A stretch of 64,000 nucleotides of DNA from Candidatus Zhuqueibacterota bacterium (GCA_034506395.1 JAPDPQ010000001.1:4435-68434), one strand, 5' to 3'. Counted from the stretch's first letter, positions 40,740 through 51,588 are shown. Program-made: numbers and translations. Notes: generated from the letters alone by a model not told the origin.

Positions 40740-41669
40740 CTATTCTGAGTGAAACCGATCGATTAATAGCCCATGCCGCACTCCCCTATCGCTAATGATC
40801 ACTGACTTGCTCTGCATCTGTTTCATTATCGCCGAGACAATCATCCCACCAGCCAGAATCACATCCGCCCGATCAGCAGGCAGTCCAGGCATCCGCTTGC
40901 GTTCGGCAATGGTTTTTGATTTCAATGCGCTCACTAGCGTAGTGACGTCGTGATATGAAAGCTGCAATCCATGAATCAGATTTGCTTGATAACGACGCAA
41001 TTGGTGCTGCATTGCGCCCAGGGTGGTCATCGTTGCACCGACACCCACCAGAACGCTGATTGGCCCGGACCATGGAATCGCTTGGAATGCTGCTTTGATA
41101 GATCGATCAGCCAATTGAACTTCCTCATCGGTCACAGGATCTGAGATCAAAATTTGCTCCGTCAACCGCACCACACCGATATTCAAGCTGATCTTACCTA
41201 ATAGTTGCCGATCCTGGCTGAGAATGAATTCGGTGCTCCCGCCGCCCACATCGAAGATAAGCCACCGTGCTTTCGGGACAGGCAAACTGGAAATAACCGC
41301 CAGCCAAGAGAGGCGCGCTTCCTCTTCACCATCGATGATTTGGATGTTCAAATTAGCTTCTCTGCGCAACCGCTCAACGAAATCTTGTGCATTAGCAGCA
41401 GTGCGCAGCGCCATCGTACCGACTGCCAGAATGTGATCCACTTGTTGCTCTCGGGCAATGCCCAGAAACTTCTGAATTGCAGCGATGCTGCGTTCCATTG
41501 CAGCAGTATTGAGAAGACCGCTGCTATGCAATCCTTGCCCCAATCGTGTTACCTGAGAGGTATCCAGCACCGTTTCCCAATCTCCGTGGGCATTCTTTTC
41601 GGCAATCAGAAATTTTATCGCGTTGGTCCCAATATCGAGAACCGCTGCTCTTCGGATCTCCAAAGCCAT
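40740..41669 (-). CDS. Ppx/GppA-family phosphatase (exopolyphosphatase / pppGpp phosphohydrolase)
   Basis: AAVLDIGTNAIKFLIAE...IDGEEEARLSWLAV...FDVGGGSTEF are ASKHA-fold motifs. Confidence 0.8.
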   Translation of the reverse strand: MALEIRRAAVLDIGTNAIKFLIAEKNAHGDWETVLDTSQVTRLGQGLHSSGLLNTAAMERSIAAIQKFLGIAREQQVDHILAVGTMALRTAANAQDFVERLRREANLNIQIIDGEEEARLSWLAVISSLPVPKARWLIFDVGGGSTEFILSQDRQLLGKISLNIGVVRLTEQILISDPVTDEEVQLADRSIKAAFQAIPWSGPISVLVGVGATMTTLGAMQHQLRRYQANLIHGLQLSYHDVTTLVSALKSKTIAERKRMPGLPADRADVILAGGMIVSAIMKQMQSKSVIISDRGVRHGLLIDRFHSE

Positions 41670-41733
41670 GTTCCTCTCAACGAATTAATTCCACCGTTTC
41701 TCTCTGATCACTGATCACTAAAACCCCTTTCAT

Positions 41734-43947
41734 CTATTCCTCCCCAATTTCTTTTCCCAGAAAATTGCGAAACCAGAATTGAACATTCTCTCGCGTAGAA
41801 TGATTTCGCTTTGTCCCGCCAACACCATGTCGAGCATTTGGATAGAGCATCAATTCAAAATCTTTATCAAGGTCCTGAAGTTTGCTGATAAGCTGAATGG
41901 TATTTTGCATGTGAACGTTATCATCCATGGTCCCGTGTGTGATCAAAAGATGTCCTTTGTATTTATCGGCGTGAGTGAGCACTGAACCAAATTCGTAGCC
42001 CTGAGGATTTTCGTCAGGCCGGTCCATGTAGCGTTCCGTATAAACGCTATCGTACAATCGCCAATCGACCACAGAATATTCGGCAATTCCATGGGTGAAG
42101 TAGTCCGCACCATAGGTCAACGCCATGCATGTGGTGTAACCGCCATAGCTTCCCCCGGCGATACCGATACGATTGGGATCAATAAAAGGCTGGCTGCGCA
42201 ACCATTTTGCCGCCTCGATGAGATCATTCATCTCCCATTTCCCCAGATTGCGATGCATCAGCGCCACTCCTTTTTTTCCGAAATGACCTGAGCCACGATG
42301 ATCGACGCTGATCATGATGATGCCATGTTGCGCAAAATAGTGCCATCTCAACGATGGGAACGAATTCGACACAGTAGCGGCGGCCGGACCGCCATAGATC
42401 TGAAACAGAACTGGGTAACGCTGAGAAGGATCGAAATTCGGTGGCAAGACCCAAATAGCGGGTAAATCATAGCCATCGCCGGATGGGATGCTAAATAATT
42501 CCACCTTGCCCAGATCATATTCGTCAAGTAGAGGTGTCCTTTCGGTCCCGAGCGTACGGATGATTTTTCCTTCGGTATCGCAGAGATCGAGTTGGCTCGG
42601 ATGATGAATACTTTGATGCCGATCGATAAAATATTTTCCGCCCGGCGCAACTTGGCATCGGTGGCTGCCAGGGGTTTTTGTGAGTCGCTTCAAATTTTTA
42701 CCTTTTAAATCGACGACATAAAGATGGTTTTCGGTGGAGCGCTCTTTTGACCCATGGAAATAGACTAGATCATTCGCCTCGTCCACCAGCGCTATATCAT
42801 TCACATTCCACTCACCGCTGGTCAGCCGCTGTTTCAATTGACCATCCAAGTCGTGATAATAAAGATGTGCCCAACCGTCTTTATTCGAGCGAAGCAACAT
42901 CCCTCTGCCGTCTTTGAATAAATAGAGATCCTCAAAAAACTCAACCCAGCTATCCTGATGCTCTTGATAAATCAGCTTGATTTGACCGGTATTGGGATCA
43001 GCCGAGTAGATAATCAATTGATCCTGCCCACGATTCATCCATTGAAACAATAATTGTTTGCTATCTGGCGTCCAAAACGGCCAGGCCACATAGTGATCCG
43101 CCCGCTCATCGAGATCGACCCAGACCAGCTTGTTCTGATCGAGATGATAAATTCCCAGCCGGACATAAGGATTTGGATCGCCTGCTTTGGGATAGCGAGT
43201 GATCTCAAGTTCGCCATGCACACCATCAGCCCGATAGAGCGGGAAAGTCGGTACAGGGCTATCATCGAATCGCAGGAACGCGATCATGTTGCTATTCGGC
43301 GCCCACCAGAATGCTGCATAGCGCGAGGCTCGGCCTAAGATCTCTTCATAATACACCCAAGAGGCATAACCATTGTAGACCGTCTCGGACCCATCACAGG
43401 TCAGTTGGCGCTCAAGCCCGCTCTCCAGGTCCAATGCGTAAAGGTTATTTTGTCGCGTATAGGCAACATAGCGCCCGTTGGGCGAAAACTTCCCATTTTT
43501 CTCTGGAGCTGGTGTGGCAGTGATCTGTCTGAAGATTCGTTTCAAAGGAGAATAATAATAAAGATCATTTTCAGAGTTGAAGAGAAAACCGCTGTAATCC
43601 TCCAAACGATCTTCAAAGCTTTGCAACGAAAATCCCTCTGACAGGAGATCCTTGTGCTTCTCCTCGTCAAAATAAATCGATGACTCTCCAGTGCGGGCAT
43701 TGACTCGCAGCACCTTCCGAGTCGCTTTTGGACCTGTTCCAACTATTTGCCACTCCAGGTAATGTTTCTCATCCAGCCATCCAACGATCATGGGCAAATT
43801 TCCCAACAATTTTGGCTCAGCTCCTTTGAACACCTGGTTGAACGTGAGTCGCTTTTTTTGTGCCCAATTGTCCGAATAGGTCATTCCAAGTAATGAAAAA
43901 GTAACGAGCCAGAAAATAATCTTACCAAATCTCCCTTCCATGGTCAC
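41734..43947 (-). CDS. S9-family serine peptidase, dipeptidyl-peptidase IV-like (beta-propeller + alpha/beta-hydrolase)
   Basis: Signal peptide. C-terminal GGSYGGY nucleophile elbow plus Asp and His contexts (GTMDDNVHMQN...HGV). Confidence 0.85.
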   Translation of the reverse strand: MTMEGRFGKIIFWLVTFSLLGMTYSDNWAQKKRLTFNQVFKGAEPKLLGNLPMIVGWLDEKHYLEWQIVGTGPKATRKVLRVNARTGESSIYFDEEKHKDLLSEGFSLQSFEDRLEDYSGFLFNSENDLYYYSPLKRIFRQITATPAPEKNGKFSPNGRYVAYTRQNNLYALDLESGLERQLTCDGSETVYNGYASWVYYEEILGRASRYAAFWWAPNSNMIAFLRFDDSPVPTFPLYRADGVHGELEITRYPKAGDPNPYVRLGIYHLDQNKLVWVDLDERADHYVAWPFWTPDSKQLLFQWMNRGQDQLIIYSADPNTGQIKLIYQEHQDSWVEFFEDLYLFKDGRGMLLRSNKDGWAHLYYHDLDGQLKQRLTSGEWNVNDIALVDEANDLVYFHGSKERSTENHLYVVDLKGKNLKRLTKTPGSHRCQVAPGGKYFIDRHQSIHHPSQLDLCDTEGKIIRTLGTERTPLLDEYDLGKVELFSIPSGDGYDLPAIWVLPPNFDPSQRYPVLFQIYGGPAAATVSNSFPSLRWHYFAQHGIIMISVDHRGSGHFGKKGVALMHRNLGKWEMNDLIEAAKWLRSQPFIDPNRIGIAGGSYGGYTTCMALTYGADYFTHGIAEYSVVDWRLYDSVYTERYMDRPDENPQGYEFGSVLTHADKYKGHLLITHGTMDDNVHMQNTIQLISKLQDLDKDFELMLYPNARHGVGGTKRNHSTRENVQFWFRNFLGKEIGEE

Positions 43948-44260
43948 CTCTTTGAATTTCGATCAAAATTAATATCGGCAAATATAAGTGGAACTTTGCT
44001 AGGCCTAATTCTTTCGATTGGCCTAATAATAACGAAAATTATTTTTAATTTCAAGCATAAAATCCCTCATCAGAAAAAAGATCACGAAATGGAATTTCAT
44101 AATTAGATGTCGTTTCTCAGTCACTTAATTAAAAAAAATCGAATGGAGGATTTCAACAATTGATCTTCATCGAACCTTATTCTTGCTTTTTTAAATTTAT
44201 TTTTGTACATTTGCCATCGCTTTAAAATTGTGGTTGATCATTTCTATACGGATTGATGGA

Positions 44261-44761
44261 ATGAAGCTGAATCGACTGAAAGTTGCACTATTGTTCACAT
44301 TGGTGATACTTTGCACTGGATGCGACCTGACAACCAAATGGTTGGCTGCTCAACATCTCCAATGGGCCAATCCCGTGACCATTATTCCCAATTTGATCGA
44401 ACTTCGCTATACGGAAAATGAGGCCATTGCGTTCAGTATGTTGCGTTCGATCGATTCTGGGACGCGGAGGTGGATCATCTATTCGCTGTCCACTTTTGCG
44501 TTGATCTTCCTTGTGCTGATGATTTGGGAGGTACGAAAAGATTCATTCCTGGGATTGACAGCGTTGATGCTGATTCTCTCGGGTGCAATTGGCAATCTGA
44601 CCGAACGGATCTTCCGCGGCTATGTGATCGACTTCATTCACCTCCATTATTATGATCGGTTCAGCTGGCCAATCTTCAACGTTGCGGACATTCTGATCAC
44701 CTGCGGCGGAATTCTATTGGCAATCCTGATGCTCCGCAGAAAGAAAAAACATACTGAATAA
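44261..44761 (+). CDS. lspA: Lipoprotein signal peptidase (signal peptidase II)
   Basis: TKWLA...LIELRYTENEAIAFSML...LGNLTERIFRGYVIDFIH...FNVADILIT. Confidence 0.85.
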   Translation: MKLNRLKVALLFTLVILCTGCDLTTKWLAAQHLQWANPVTIIPNLIELRYTENEAIAFSMLRSIDSGTRRWIIYSLSTFALIFLVLMIWEVRKDSFLGLTALMLILSGAIGNLTERIFRGYVIDFIHLHYYDRFSWPIFNVADILITCGGILLAILMLRRKKKHTE

Positions 44762-45013
44762 TTTGGCCACTATCAATTGGATGAAACAATATAATAATCG
44801 GCACGCCATTGCTGCCGCCAATTTGATGTCATTATTAAAATGATTTTTTATCGTTTTTTGAAACGATCTTTCCCCTCCAAAATCGCTCTATGCATCCTTT
44901 TCGCGCGATTCGAGCGGTGAACTCATGATCATTTCATCTCGATAATGCAAATGGGGCATAGGGGGATCAATCAAATTCATTTGTGTAAACCATGGTTTCT
45001 TCGTGAAGAGGCA

Positions 45014-45769
45014 ATGATGATGGATTTCAGCGTTGTTCCCACAGCACCAATTGATGTCGATCAACTAAAAGCTCAATTGATAAACTTATGCGACCAATTC
45101 AATATTACCCGATTTGAACCGGATGACATCGTTGAACTCATTGAAGATGGAGAGACTGTCGACTGGATTATCAGTCAATTGCGATTGGATAATGCGGAAC
45201 TGGATGGGGCGCAATTCGAATCAGTACTAAATGGGCTGGCATCGGTCCTTGCCCCTCCAAAAGAAGCGGAATTGATCGAGGAAGCGGGGGTTGAGGCTGG
45301 TGAGGAACAGCCTGAAGTCGGCGAGGTGGAAGAAACGGAGGCAGCAGAGGCGATCCCAAGCATTGATCTTTCGCAGCTTGATCTCGGACAATTGGCCCCT
45401 CAGCTGGAAGAGTTGATGGGCGCGAAGTTGCCTCCTGGGATTAATTTGAAACAGATCCAAAAAATGATGGCCTCTCCTCAGGGCGCTTTTTTGGCCGATT
45501 TCGGATTGTTCTGTCAGGAGCAGGGGTTCGATATGAACGCCATATCGGATCCAAAGCAGCTTGAGGCATTGAATGAGCAATGGATGGCAACACCGAGACC
45601 AGCCTTTGAAGGCAAAACTCCTGCCGAAGTCGCCCGAGAAAACCCAACGCTTTATTCGTTTAAAAAAGTGGAAACATACCGCCGAACCGAACCGCGCATT
45701 GGCAGAAACGACCCTTGCCCCTGCGGTAGTGGGAAAAAGTACAAAAAATGTTGTGGGAAAGGGAAATGA
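45014..45769 (+). CDS. Acidic protein with a C-terminal SEC-C metal-binding motif
   Basis: C-terminus [21 protein letters not shown]. The central region is highly acidic. Confidence 0.5.
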   Translation: MMMDFSVVPTAPIDVDQLKAQLINLCDQFNITRFEPDDIVELIEDGETVDWIISQLRLDNAELDGAQFESVLNGLASVLAPPKEAELIEEAGVEAGEEQPEVGEVEETEAAEAIPSIDLSQLDLGQLAPQLEELMGAKLPPGINLKQIQKMMASPQGAFLADFGLFCQEQGFDMNAISDPKQLEALNEQWMATPRPAFEGKTPAEVARENPTLYSFKKVETYRRTEPRIGRNDPCPCGSGKKYKKCCGKGK

Positions 45770-45896
45770 CGAATTGAAACTTTTCAGATATCATAAATCA
45801 CAAATCCCTTAGCAGCAGGCGACGATGATTTTTAGGGAAAAAATGCTGGAAATTGAATCAAGATAGGCCATAAATTATCACAAATCCCTTCTCTCC

Positions 45897-46496
45897 ATGC
45901 CAGGGCATCAGTTATGGTCAAAGTTTATTGTGCTTCTTTATATCGCTATGAAATTATCAGAGTCCGAAAGCACCTTGTTTTTTAATTTGTACCATCCTTT
46001 GCTGCTGTTTGCAAATCAGCAATACCCAGTGATCAACGACGTGTTTACTGTGGATGGGTTGCGAAAAAAGTCTTCCGAGCAGTTGAGCGCGCTGCGACAG
46101 GTGCTCTACCAGTATCCAATTTTATTCGATCAGTTCGTTGCTGCGAATCCATTTCATTTTTTACCGCATGAACTGGAACTCATCAAAAGCTGGCAACGTT
46201 GGATCGTTGGGCGTTTTTTTATTTTCAGGGAGACCAATTATTACACCATTTTTCTTTCGAACATTCGGCCAATCCGAGCTTACGCGGTTCTGGCGCTCAA
46301 CTCCCGATTCTCTGAAATCTTTGCTGCCTCTTTGCCCGTTTATGTTGAAACAGCTCTATTGCCCTTTCGCGACAAAATAATCGCTGATGGAATCTTCAGC
46401 TATTTTCGATTGCAATTCAGCCATGGCTTCATCCGTAAATTGCATCAATCCTATATGGAGGCGATTGATCACGAAGGCATCATCACATCACTTTAA
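45897..46496 (+). CDS. Hypothetical protein (199 aa)
   Basis: ORF only. I recognise no motif. Confidence 0.35.
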   Translation: MPGHQLWSKFIVLLYIAMKLSESESTLFFNLYHPLLLFANQQYPVINDVFTVDGLRKKSSEQLSALRQVLYQYPILFDQFVAANPFHFLPHELELIKSWQRWIVGRFFIFRETNYYTIFLSNIRPIRAYAVLALNSRFSEIFAASLPVYVETALLPFRDKIIADGIFSYFRLQFSHGFIRKLHQSYMEAIDHEGIITSL

Positions 46497-46752
46497 TCCT
46501 TTAGATCATTTTGGGATCGAGTTTTCAAATCCAAAGTAGATTCGACCTTCATTCCAAAAATTTCATACCGCTTACTTCGCAGCACACCCTTAGCTGTGAT
46601 CGAAATCGATCGTTTAATATCTGGTAGTGCCAATTTCATGCGGTCATTAGCTTTTCATTTCATCATTTCTTGCTATTTTAGCATTCAGCGGCGAGACCAT
46701 TCTCCGATGACCCTTGCTCAGCCACAAGCTGCGTTTGTTGTCGGTTTGCAAT

Positions 46753-47697
46753 TTAGATCATGTTTAGGGTTTTGAGGAGAAAGATGCCCAAGGAGATAGT
46801 AATGATCGATCCAAGGGTGGTCATGACGATGATGTTGCCGGCCAATTCGCTATTGCAGCCCATTGCTTCCGCCATAACAAAGCTGACGATGGCGGAGGGG
46901 GTGGCGAACAAGAGAAATACCACCCCCAGGTCCTGACCAGAAAGACCCAATCGAAAGCCCAGCACTGCGATGGTTGCAGGGATAATGACGATTTTCAAAA
47001 TGGTAGCGACCGCCGCCAATCGCGCATCTTTTTTGATTTGCTCAAAATCCAATGAACCGCCGATCCCGAGCAGCGCCAGGGGCAATGTAATAGCCGCCAG
47101 GCTATTGATGGTTGTGATCAAAAACTGAGGTAACTCGATGTCGAAATACGAAAATGGCAGGGCGATGATGGTCGCAAGGATAAGTGGGTTGGTGAAAATT
47201 TCGGACAACATCTGCTGGAGCGTCAACTGTTTGTCGGCCCGGATCGGTACCGTCAATGCGATGATTGCCAGAATGTTATAGAGTGGCATGACGAACGCCA
47301 ACAAAATGGCCGCCTTACTCAGCGCTGCCGGACCAAACATGTTAGCGATCAGGGCAAAACCGATAATTGCAAAATTGCTGCGAAAACTGCCTTGAATAAA
47401 TGAAGCGCGATCCCGACCATTATTTGACAACCCCAGAGAGATCAGCCAGCTCAATGCAAAAAAAAAGAGCACACTGAGATAAACAAACAGGATCAGCTTT
47501 AGGCTGAAAGTCATTTTCAAATCGGTGCGCGAAAGGCTCTCGAATACCAGTGCTGGGGCGGCAACGGTGAACACGATTTTCGAAGAGATGCTCACAAAAT
47601 TGCCATTGATTAACCCCTTTTTCTTCAATCCATATCCCAAAAAAATAATCAAGAATACCGGGGCCACCCCATTGAATGAGAAAATCAGATTTTGCAT
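46753..47697 (-). CDS. AEC-family (auxin-efflux-carrier-like) transporter
   Basis: ~10 TM helices. Shows the N- and C-terminal AEC repeats (VAPVFLIIFLGYGLKKKGLI...). Confidence 0.75.
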   Translation of the reverse strand: MQNLIFSFNGVAPVFLIIFLGYGLKKKGLINGNFVSISSKIVFTVAAPALVFESLSRTDLKMTFSLKLILFVYLSVLFFFALSWLISLGLSNNGRDRASFIQGSFRSNFAIIGFALIANMFGPAALSKAAILLAFVMPLYNILAIIALTVPIRADKQLTLQQMLSEIFTNPLILATIIALPFSYFDIELPQFLITTINSLAAITLPLALLGIGGSLDFEQIKKDARLAAVATILKIVIIPATIAVLGFRLGLSGQDLGVVFLLFATPSAIVSFVMAEAMGCNSELAGNIIVMTTLGSIITISLGIFLLKTLNMI

Positions 47698-47753
47698 CGA
47701 AGGTTCTCTATTTCTCTCAAGGATTTTCATCGCGACAGATCGGTTGAAAATCC

Positions 47754-48833
47754 TCATTGTAAAATATTCTGTTTTTGCTCCAAATAATAAATATAATTCT
47801 CGAAAGAGACATCGGAGGGCACACGATGATCGACCATCGGGATATAGCCTCCCTGGTCTACCAGCGGAGCAATTCGCTCCAGCTCCCGATCGATGGCTTC
47901 TTTGCCTTTGATCAATGCTGTTTTATCCACACCGCCCATTAATAATATCGCATTGCCATATCGCTGTCGCAGCAGAACCGGATCGGTATGGAGCGCCTCG
48001 ATCGGAAACATGCAATTGATCCCTGCCTCCAACCAACCAGGCACTAACTCATATATACAGCCATCGCAGTCAAGCACATTAATATCGACGCCATATTTTT
48101 GCAGCGCTGCCGTAACCCGTTTATAGCGTGGCACCATCAGTTCCTGAAACAGCTTGGGCGAAATCAACGGCCCGCGATTATAACACATATCCTCCCACCA
48201 CCAGGCCATATCGACTCGAATTCCTGGGAGACTTTGCTCGATCAGCTGCAGTGTCAATTGGGTCAGATGCTCCATCATCTCTTCCACCCAGTCGCGATCA
48301 GTCATGATCGCAATAGACAGGTTTTCCATCCCCATCCAGTTTCGGAGAACGCCATAAAGGGAGCCGGCATCGAATCGGATTGGCATCCCGATCGCATGAG
48401 CTTCCACCACGGCTGCTCGAACATCTCCGATTCGCTCAGCGAAATTCGGATCGAGATGCTCAGTTCGATAGCGTTCCCAATCTTCCCGGGTCTCAATACC
48501 GAATTTCAGATAGCGAGGGATGGTCTCACCAAATTTTGGTGACTGACAGATGATCCCTTCTTCATTTTGATAGACCCTGTAGTCGGCTCCTTCCTCTAAT
48601 ACACGGTAGTCGAACCGCGGACAAAGGCCATTTTTAGCAGGTAGCCAGGGGATAATCTCTACGCCCTCCAACCCCAAATATCGTTCGACATCTTGGTTCG
48701 TTTTCACATGAACTGGCAGACCTTGCGTATGCCATTTCTCGATCGTCTCATCCCAATAGCCGAATTCCATATTAGGAACGCGATCTGGCTTTTGCCAGTG
48801 CATCACTCTATAAAAACGTTCTTGGGTCGTCAT
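47754..48833 (-). CDS. Uroporphyrinogen-decarboxylase (URO-D)-like family protein
   Basis: 359 aa. PDRVPNMEFGYWDETIEKW... and ...DCDGCIYELVPGWLEAGINCMFPIE are typical of the URO-D/MtaA-like TIM-barrel family. Confidence 0.7.
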   Translation of the reverse strand: MTTQERFYRVMHWQKPDRVPNMEFGYWDETIEKWHTQGLPVHVKTNQDVERYLGLEGVEIIPWLPAKNGLCPRFDYRVLEEGADYRVYQNEEGIICQSPKFGETIPRYLKFGIETREDWERYRTEHLDPNFAERIGDVRAAVVEAHAIGMPIRFDAGSLYGVLRNWMGMENLSIAIMTDRDWVEEMMEHLTQLTLQLIEQSLPGIRVDMAWWWEDMCYNRGPLISPKLFQELMVPRYKRVTAALQKYGVDINVLDCDGCIYELVPGWLEAGINCMFPIEALHTDPVLLRQRYGNAILLMGGVDKTALIKGKEAIDRELERIAPLVDQGGYIPMVDHRVPSDVSFENYIYYLEQKQNILQ

Positions 48834-49224
48834 TTTCGTCTCCAGTCATTGGTTTGACTTTAGCCGTCTGCAAGATTCCAAAATGCTACCCTGGGAATGT
48901 AGACACATCTGAATTTGCCGTTCAAAAAAATTAACGATGATCTTGCATTCGGAGCAATGTTTGGATCGATTTGAATCGCTTAATATAGTGCTCTCGCCCT
49001 AAAATAGCAAGCAAAACTTTCTGTTTGATCCAAGCCATATGAGACAAAAGTTTTCCTTGAAATTTTGGTTTTTTTTCTTAAATTGAATCTATAAGCATAT
49101 CGATCTCGATAAACTGCTCTCCATTTTTATGATGAGCAGAACTTTTTGCAATCTCAAGGAATGATAGATCGAAATATTAGGATTGGAGCAATAGAACGAA
49201 TCGTCAAAATAGGAGCGAATATCA

Positions 49225-51588
49225 GTGACGCCGAGAGTTGAGAAATTAAGAAGACAAAGCCTGGAGACTCCGACATCGATTACAGCAGAGCGAGCGGTTT
49301 TAATCACCGAATTCTATCGATCGCATGATGCATTGACTATCTCAGCGCCGATGCGCCGGGCATTGGCGTTCAAATATCTGATGGAACATAAAGCCGTTTG
49401 CATCAACGATGGTGAGTTGATCGTTGGCGAGCGCGGACCGGCTCCTCGGTCAACCCCAACATTCCCAGAGATCTGCTGCCATACGATTGAGGAGCTTGAG
49501 ATCCTCAATTCGAGGGAAAAAGTGAGCTACGCGGTCTCTGAAGAAACCAAGCGGATTTATCGCGAGCAAATTATTCCCTATTGGAAGGGAAAGACTATTC
49601 GGGAAAAGATCTTTGAGGAGATGACCGATGAGTGGAAAGCGGCCTATCGCGCTGGGATTTTTACCGAGTTCATGGAGCAACGCGCTCCTGGTCATACAGC
49701 ATTAGATGACAAAATTTACTTGAAAGGCTTTTTGGGATTTAAGAAAGAGATCGAAGAGCAACTGAGTCGATTGGATTATCTAAACGATCCGGAAGCGTAC
49801 GAGAAGCAGGAACAGCTCAAAGCCATGGCCATTGCTGCGGATGCCATCATTCGCTATGCCGAACGACATGCCGAACTCGCCCAACAAATGGCCCGCAAAG
49901 AATCTGATCCAGTCAGGAAACGCGAACTTGAGCAAATTGCAGAAATCTGCGCCTATGTCCCAGCCAATCCGCCACGAACCTTCTGGGAGGCGCTGCAGGC
50001 GTACTGGTTCACCCATGTTGGGGTGATTTCGGAATTAAACACCTGGGACGCCATCTGCCCTGGCCGATTCGATCAGCATTTTTATCCGTTTTACAAAAAG
50101 GACATTGAGTCTGGTCTATTGTCTCGAGAGGCCGCTAAGGAGCTTCTGCAATGCTTCTGGATCAAATTCAACAATCAGCCCGCCCCTCCAAAGGTGGGCG
50201 TCACTGCTCAGGAGAGCGGGACTTATAACGATTTTGCGCTGATTTCGCTGGCCGGACAAACGCGCGATGGAAAAGACGGTGCCAACGAGCTCTCCTATTT
50301 ATGCCTCGATGTATTGGAGGAATTGCGGCTGGTGCAGCCCCACTGTTGCGTTCAATTGAGCCAGCAAAATCCCGATCGCCTGCTGAAGCGTGCGCTCGAG
50401 GTCAATCGCACTGGTCTGGGTCAACCCTCGATCTTCAATCATGACGCCGTGGTCCAGGAGCTTATTCGCCAGGGCAAATCTATCGAAGACGCGAGGACCG
50501 GCGGCACCAGTGGGTGTGTGGAGACCGGGGCATTGGGCAAGGAAAATTACAATCTCACCGGCTACTTTAATATGATGAAAGTGCTGGAAATCACGCTCCA
50601 CAATGGCGTCGATCCCCGTACTGGAGAAAAGATCGGGATCGAAACCGGGGATCCCACTCGATTTGAAAATTTTGAGCAATTATTCGAGGCTTATAAAAGA
50701 CAGCTTCGGCACTTCATCGACATTAAGATCCGAGGCAATAACATCATCGAAAAAATCTATGCGCAATATATGCCCACGCCGTTTCTTTCATTGTTGATTA
50801 GCGATTGCATTCAACGTGGTAAAGATTATCACAATGGCGGAGCGCGCTACAATACAAGCTACATCCAGGGCGTTGGTTTGGGCAGCATTACGGACGCCAT
50901 GAGCTCATTGAAATATCATGTTTACGATCATCGCAAGCTCACCATGGAGCAGATGCTCAGCGTCCTTAAAGATAATTATGAGGGCCATGAAAGGATTCGG
51001 CAGATGATGCGCTATCAGACACCCAAGTACGGCAATGACGATGATTATGCCGATGAGATTATGAAGCGGGTATTTGAAGCCTACTTTGAAGCGATCGATG
51101 GCAGGAAAAATATGAAAGGAGGAACTTATCGCATCAACTTGCTCCCGACGACGGTTCATGTCTACTTTGGCTCAGTGGTGGGAGCAACTCCCGATGGTCG
51201 AAAGGCAGGAGACGTACTCTCTGAAGGGGTGTCTCCAGTTCAGGGGGCGGATCGAAACGGTCCAACAGCAGTGATTAAATCGGTAGCCAAAATCGATCAT
51301 TTACGCACGGGCGGCACTTTGCTGAATCAGAAATTTTCACCTTCGCTACTGAGCAGCGATAACGGACTCGCTGGACTCGCCCATTTGGTACGATCTTATT
51401 TTAAAATGAACGGACATCACATCCAATTTAATGTGGTGACCGCTGCTACGCTCCGAGCGGCTCAGCAGCACCCAGAGAAGTATCGCGACCTGATCGTTCG
51501 GGTGGCAGGATATAGCGATTATTTCTGCAACTTGAATAAAGGCCTGCAGGATGAGATCATCGCCAGGACCGAACATCAAAGCTTTTAG
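49225..51588 (+). CDS. Glycyl radical enzyme, PFL2 / dehydratase-eliminase type (Cys-x-Glu active site)
   Basis: 787 aa. C-terminal glycyl radical motif RVAGYSDYF. Active-site loop GGTSGCVETG. GTG start with an AGGAGCG SD. Confidence 0.9.
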   Translation: MTPRVEKLRRQSLETPTSITAERAVLITEFYRSHDALTISAPMRRALAFKYLMEHKAVCINDGELIVGERGPAPRSTPTFPEICCHTIEELEILNSREKVSYAVSEETKRIYREQIIPYWKGKTIREKIFEEMTDEWKAAYRAGIFTEFMEQRAPGHTALDDKIYLKGFLGFKKEIEEQLSRLDYLNDPEAYEKQEQLKAMAIAADAIIRYAERHAELAQQMARKESDPVRKRELEQIAEICAYVPANPPRTFWEALQAYWFTHVGVISELNTWDAICPGRFDQHFYPFYKKDIESGLLSREAAKELLQCFWIKFNNQPAPPKVGVTAQESGTYNDFALISLAGQTRDGKDGANELSYLCLDVLEELRLVQPHCCVQLSQQNPDRLLKRALEVNRTGLGQPSIFNHDAVVQELIRQGKSIEDARTGGTSGCVETGALGKENYNLTGYFNMMKVLEITLHNGVDPRTGEKIGIETGDPTRFENFEQLFEAYKRQLRHFIDIKIRGNNIIEKIYAQYMPTPFLSLLISDCIQRGKDYHNGGARYNTSYIQGVGLGSITDAMSSLKYHVYDHRKLTMEQMLSVLKDNYEGHERIRQMMRYQTPKYGNDDDYADEIMKRVFEAYFEAIDGRKNMKGGTYRINLLPTTVHVYFGSVVGATPDGRKAGDVLSEGVSPVQGADRNGPTAVIKSVAKIDHLRTGGTLLNQKFSPSLLSSDNGLAGLAHLVRSYFKMNGHHIQFNVVTAATLRAAQQHPEKYRDLIVRVAGYSDYFCNLNKGLQDEIIARTEHQSF

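Noticed and set aside
49225-51588. Glycyl radical enzyme as part of a GRM-type microcompartment
   Set aside because: It is about 37 kb from the shell genes and separated from them by many housekeeping genes. It has no N-terminal encapsulation extension, no adjacent activase and no shell genes nearby.
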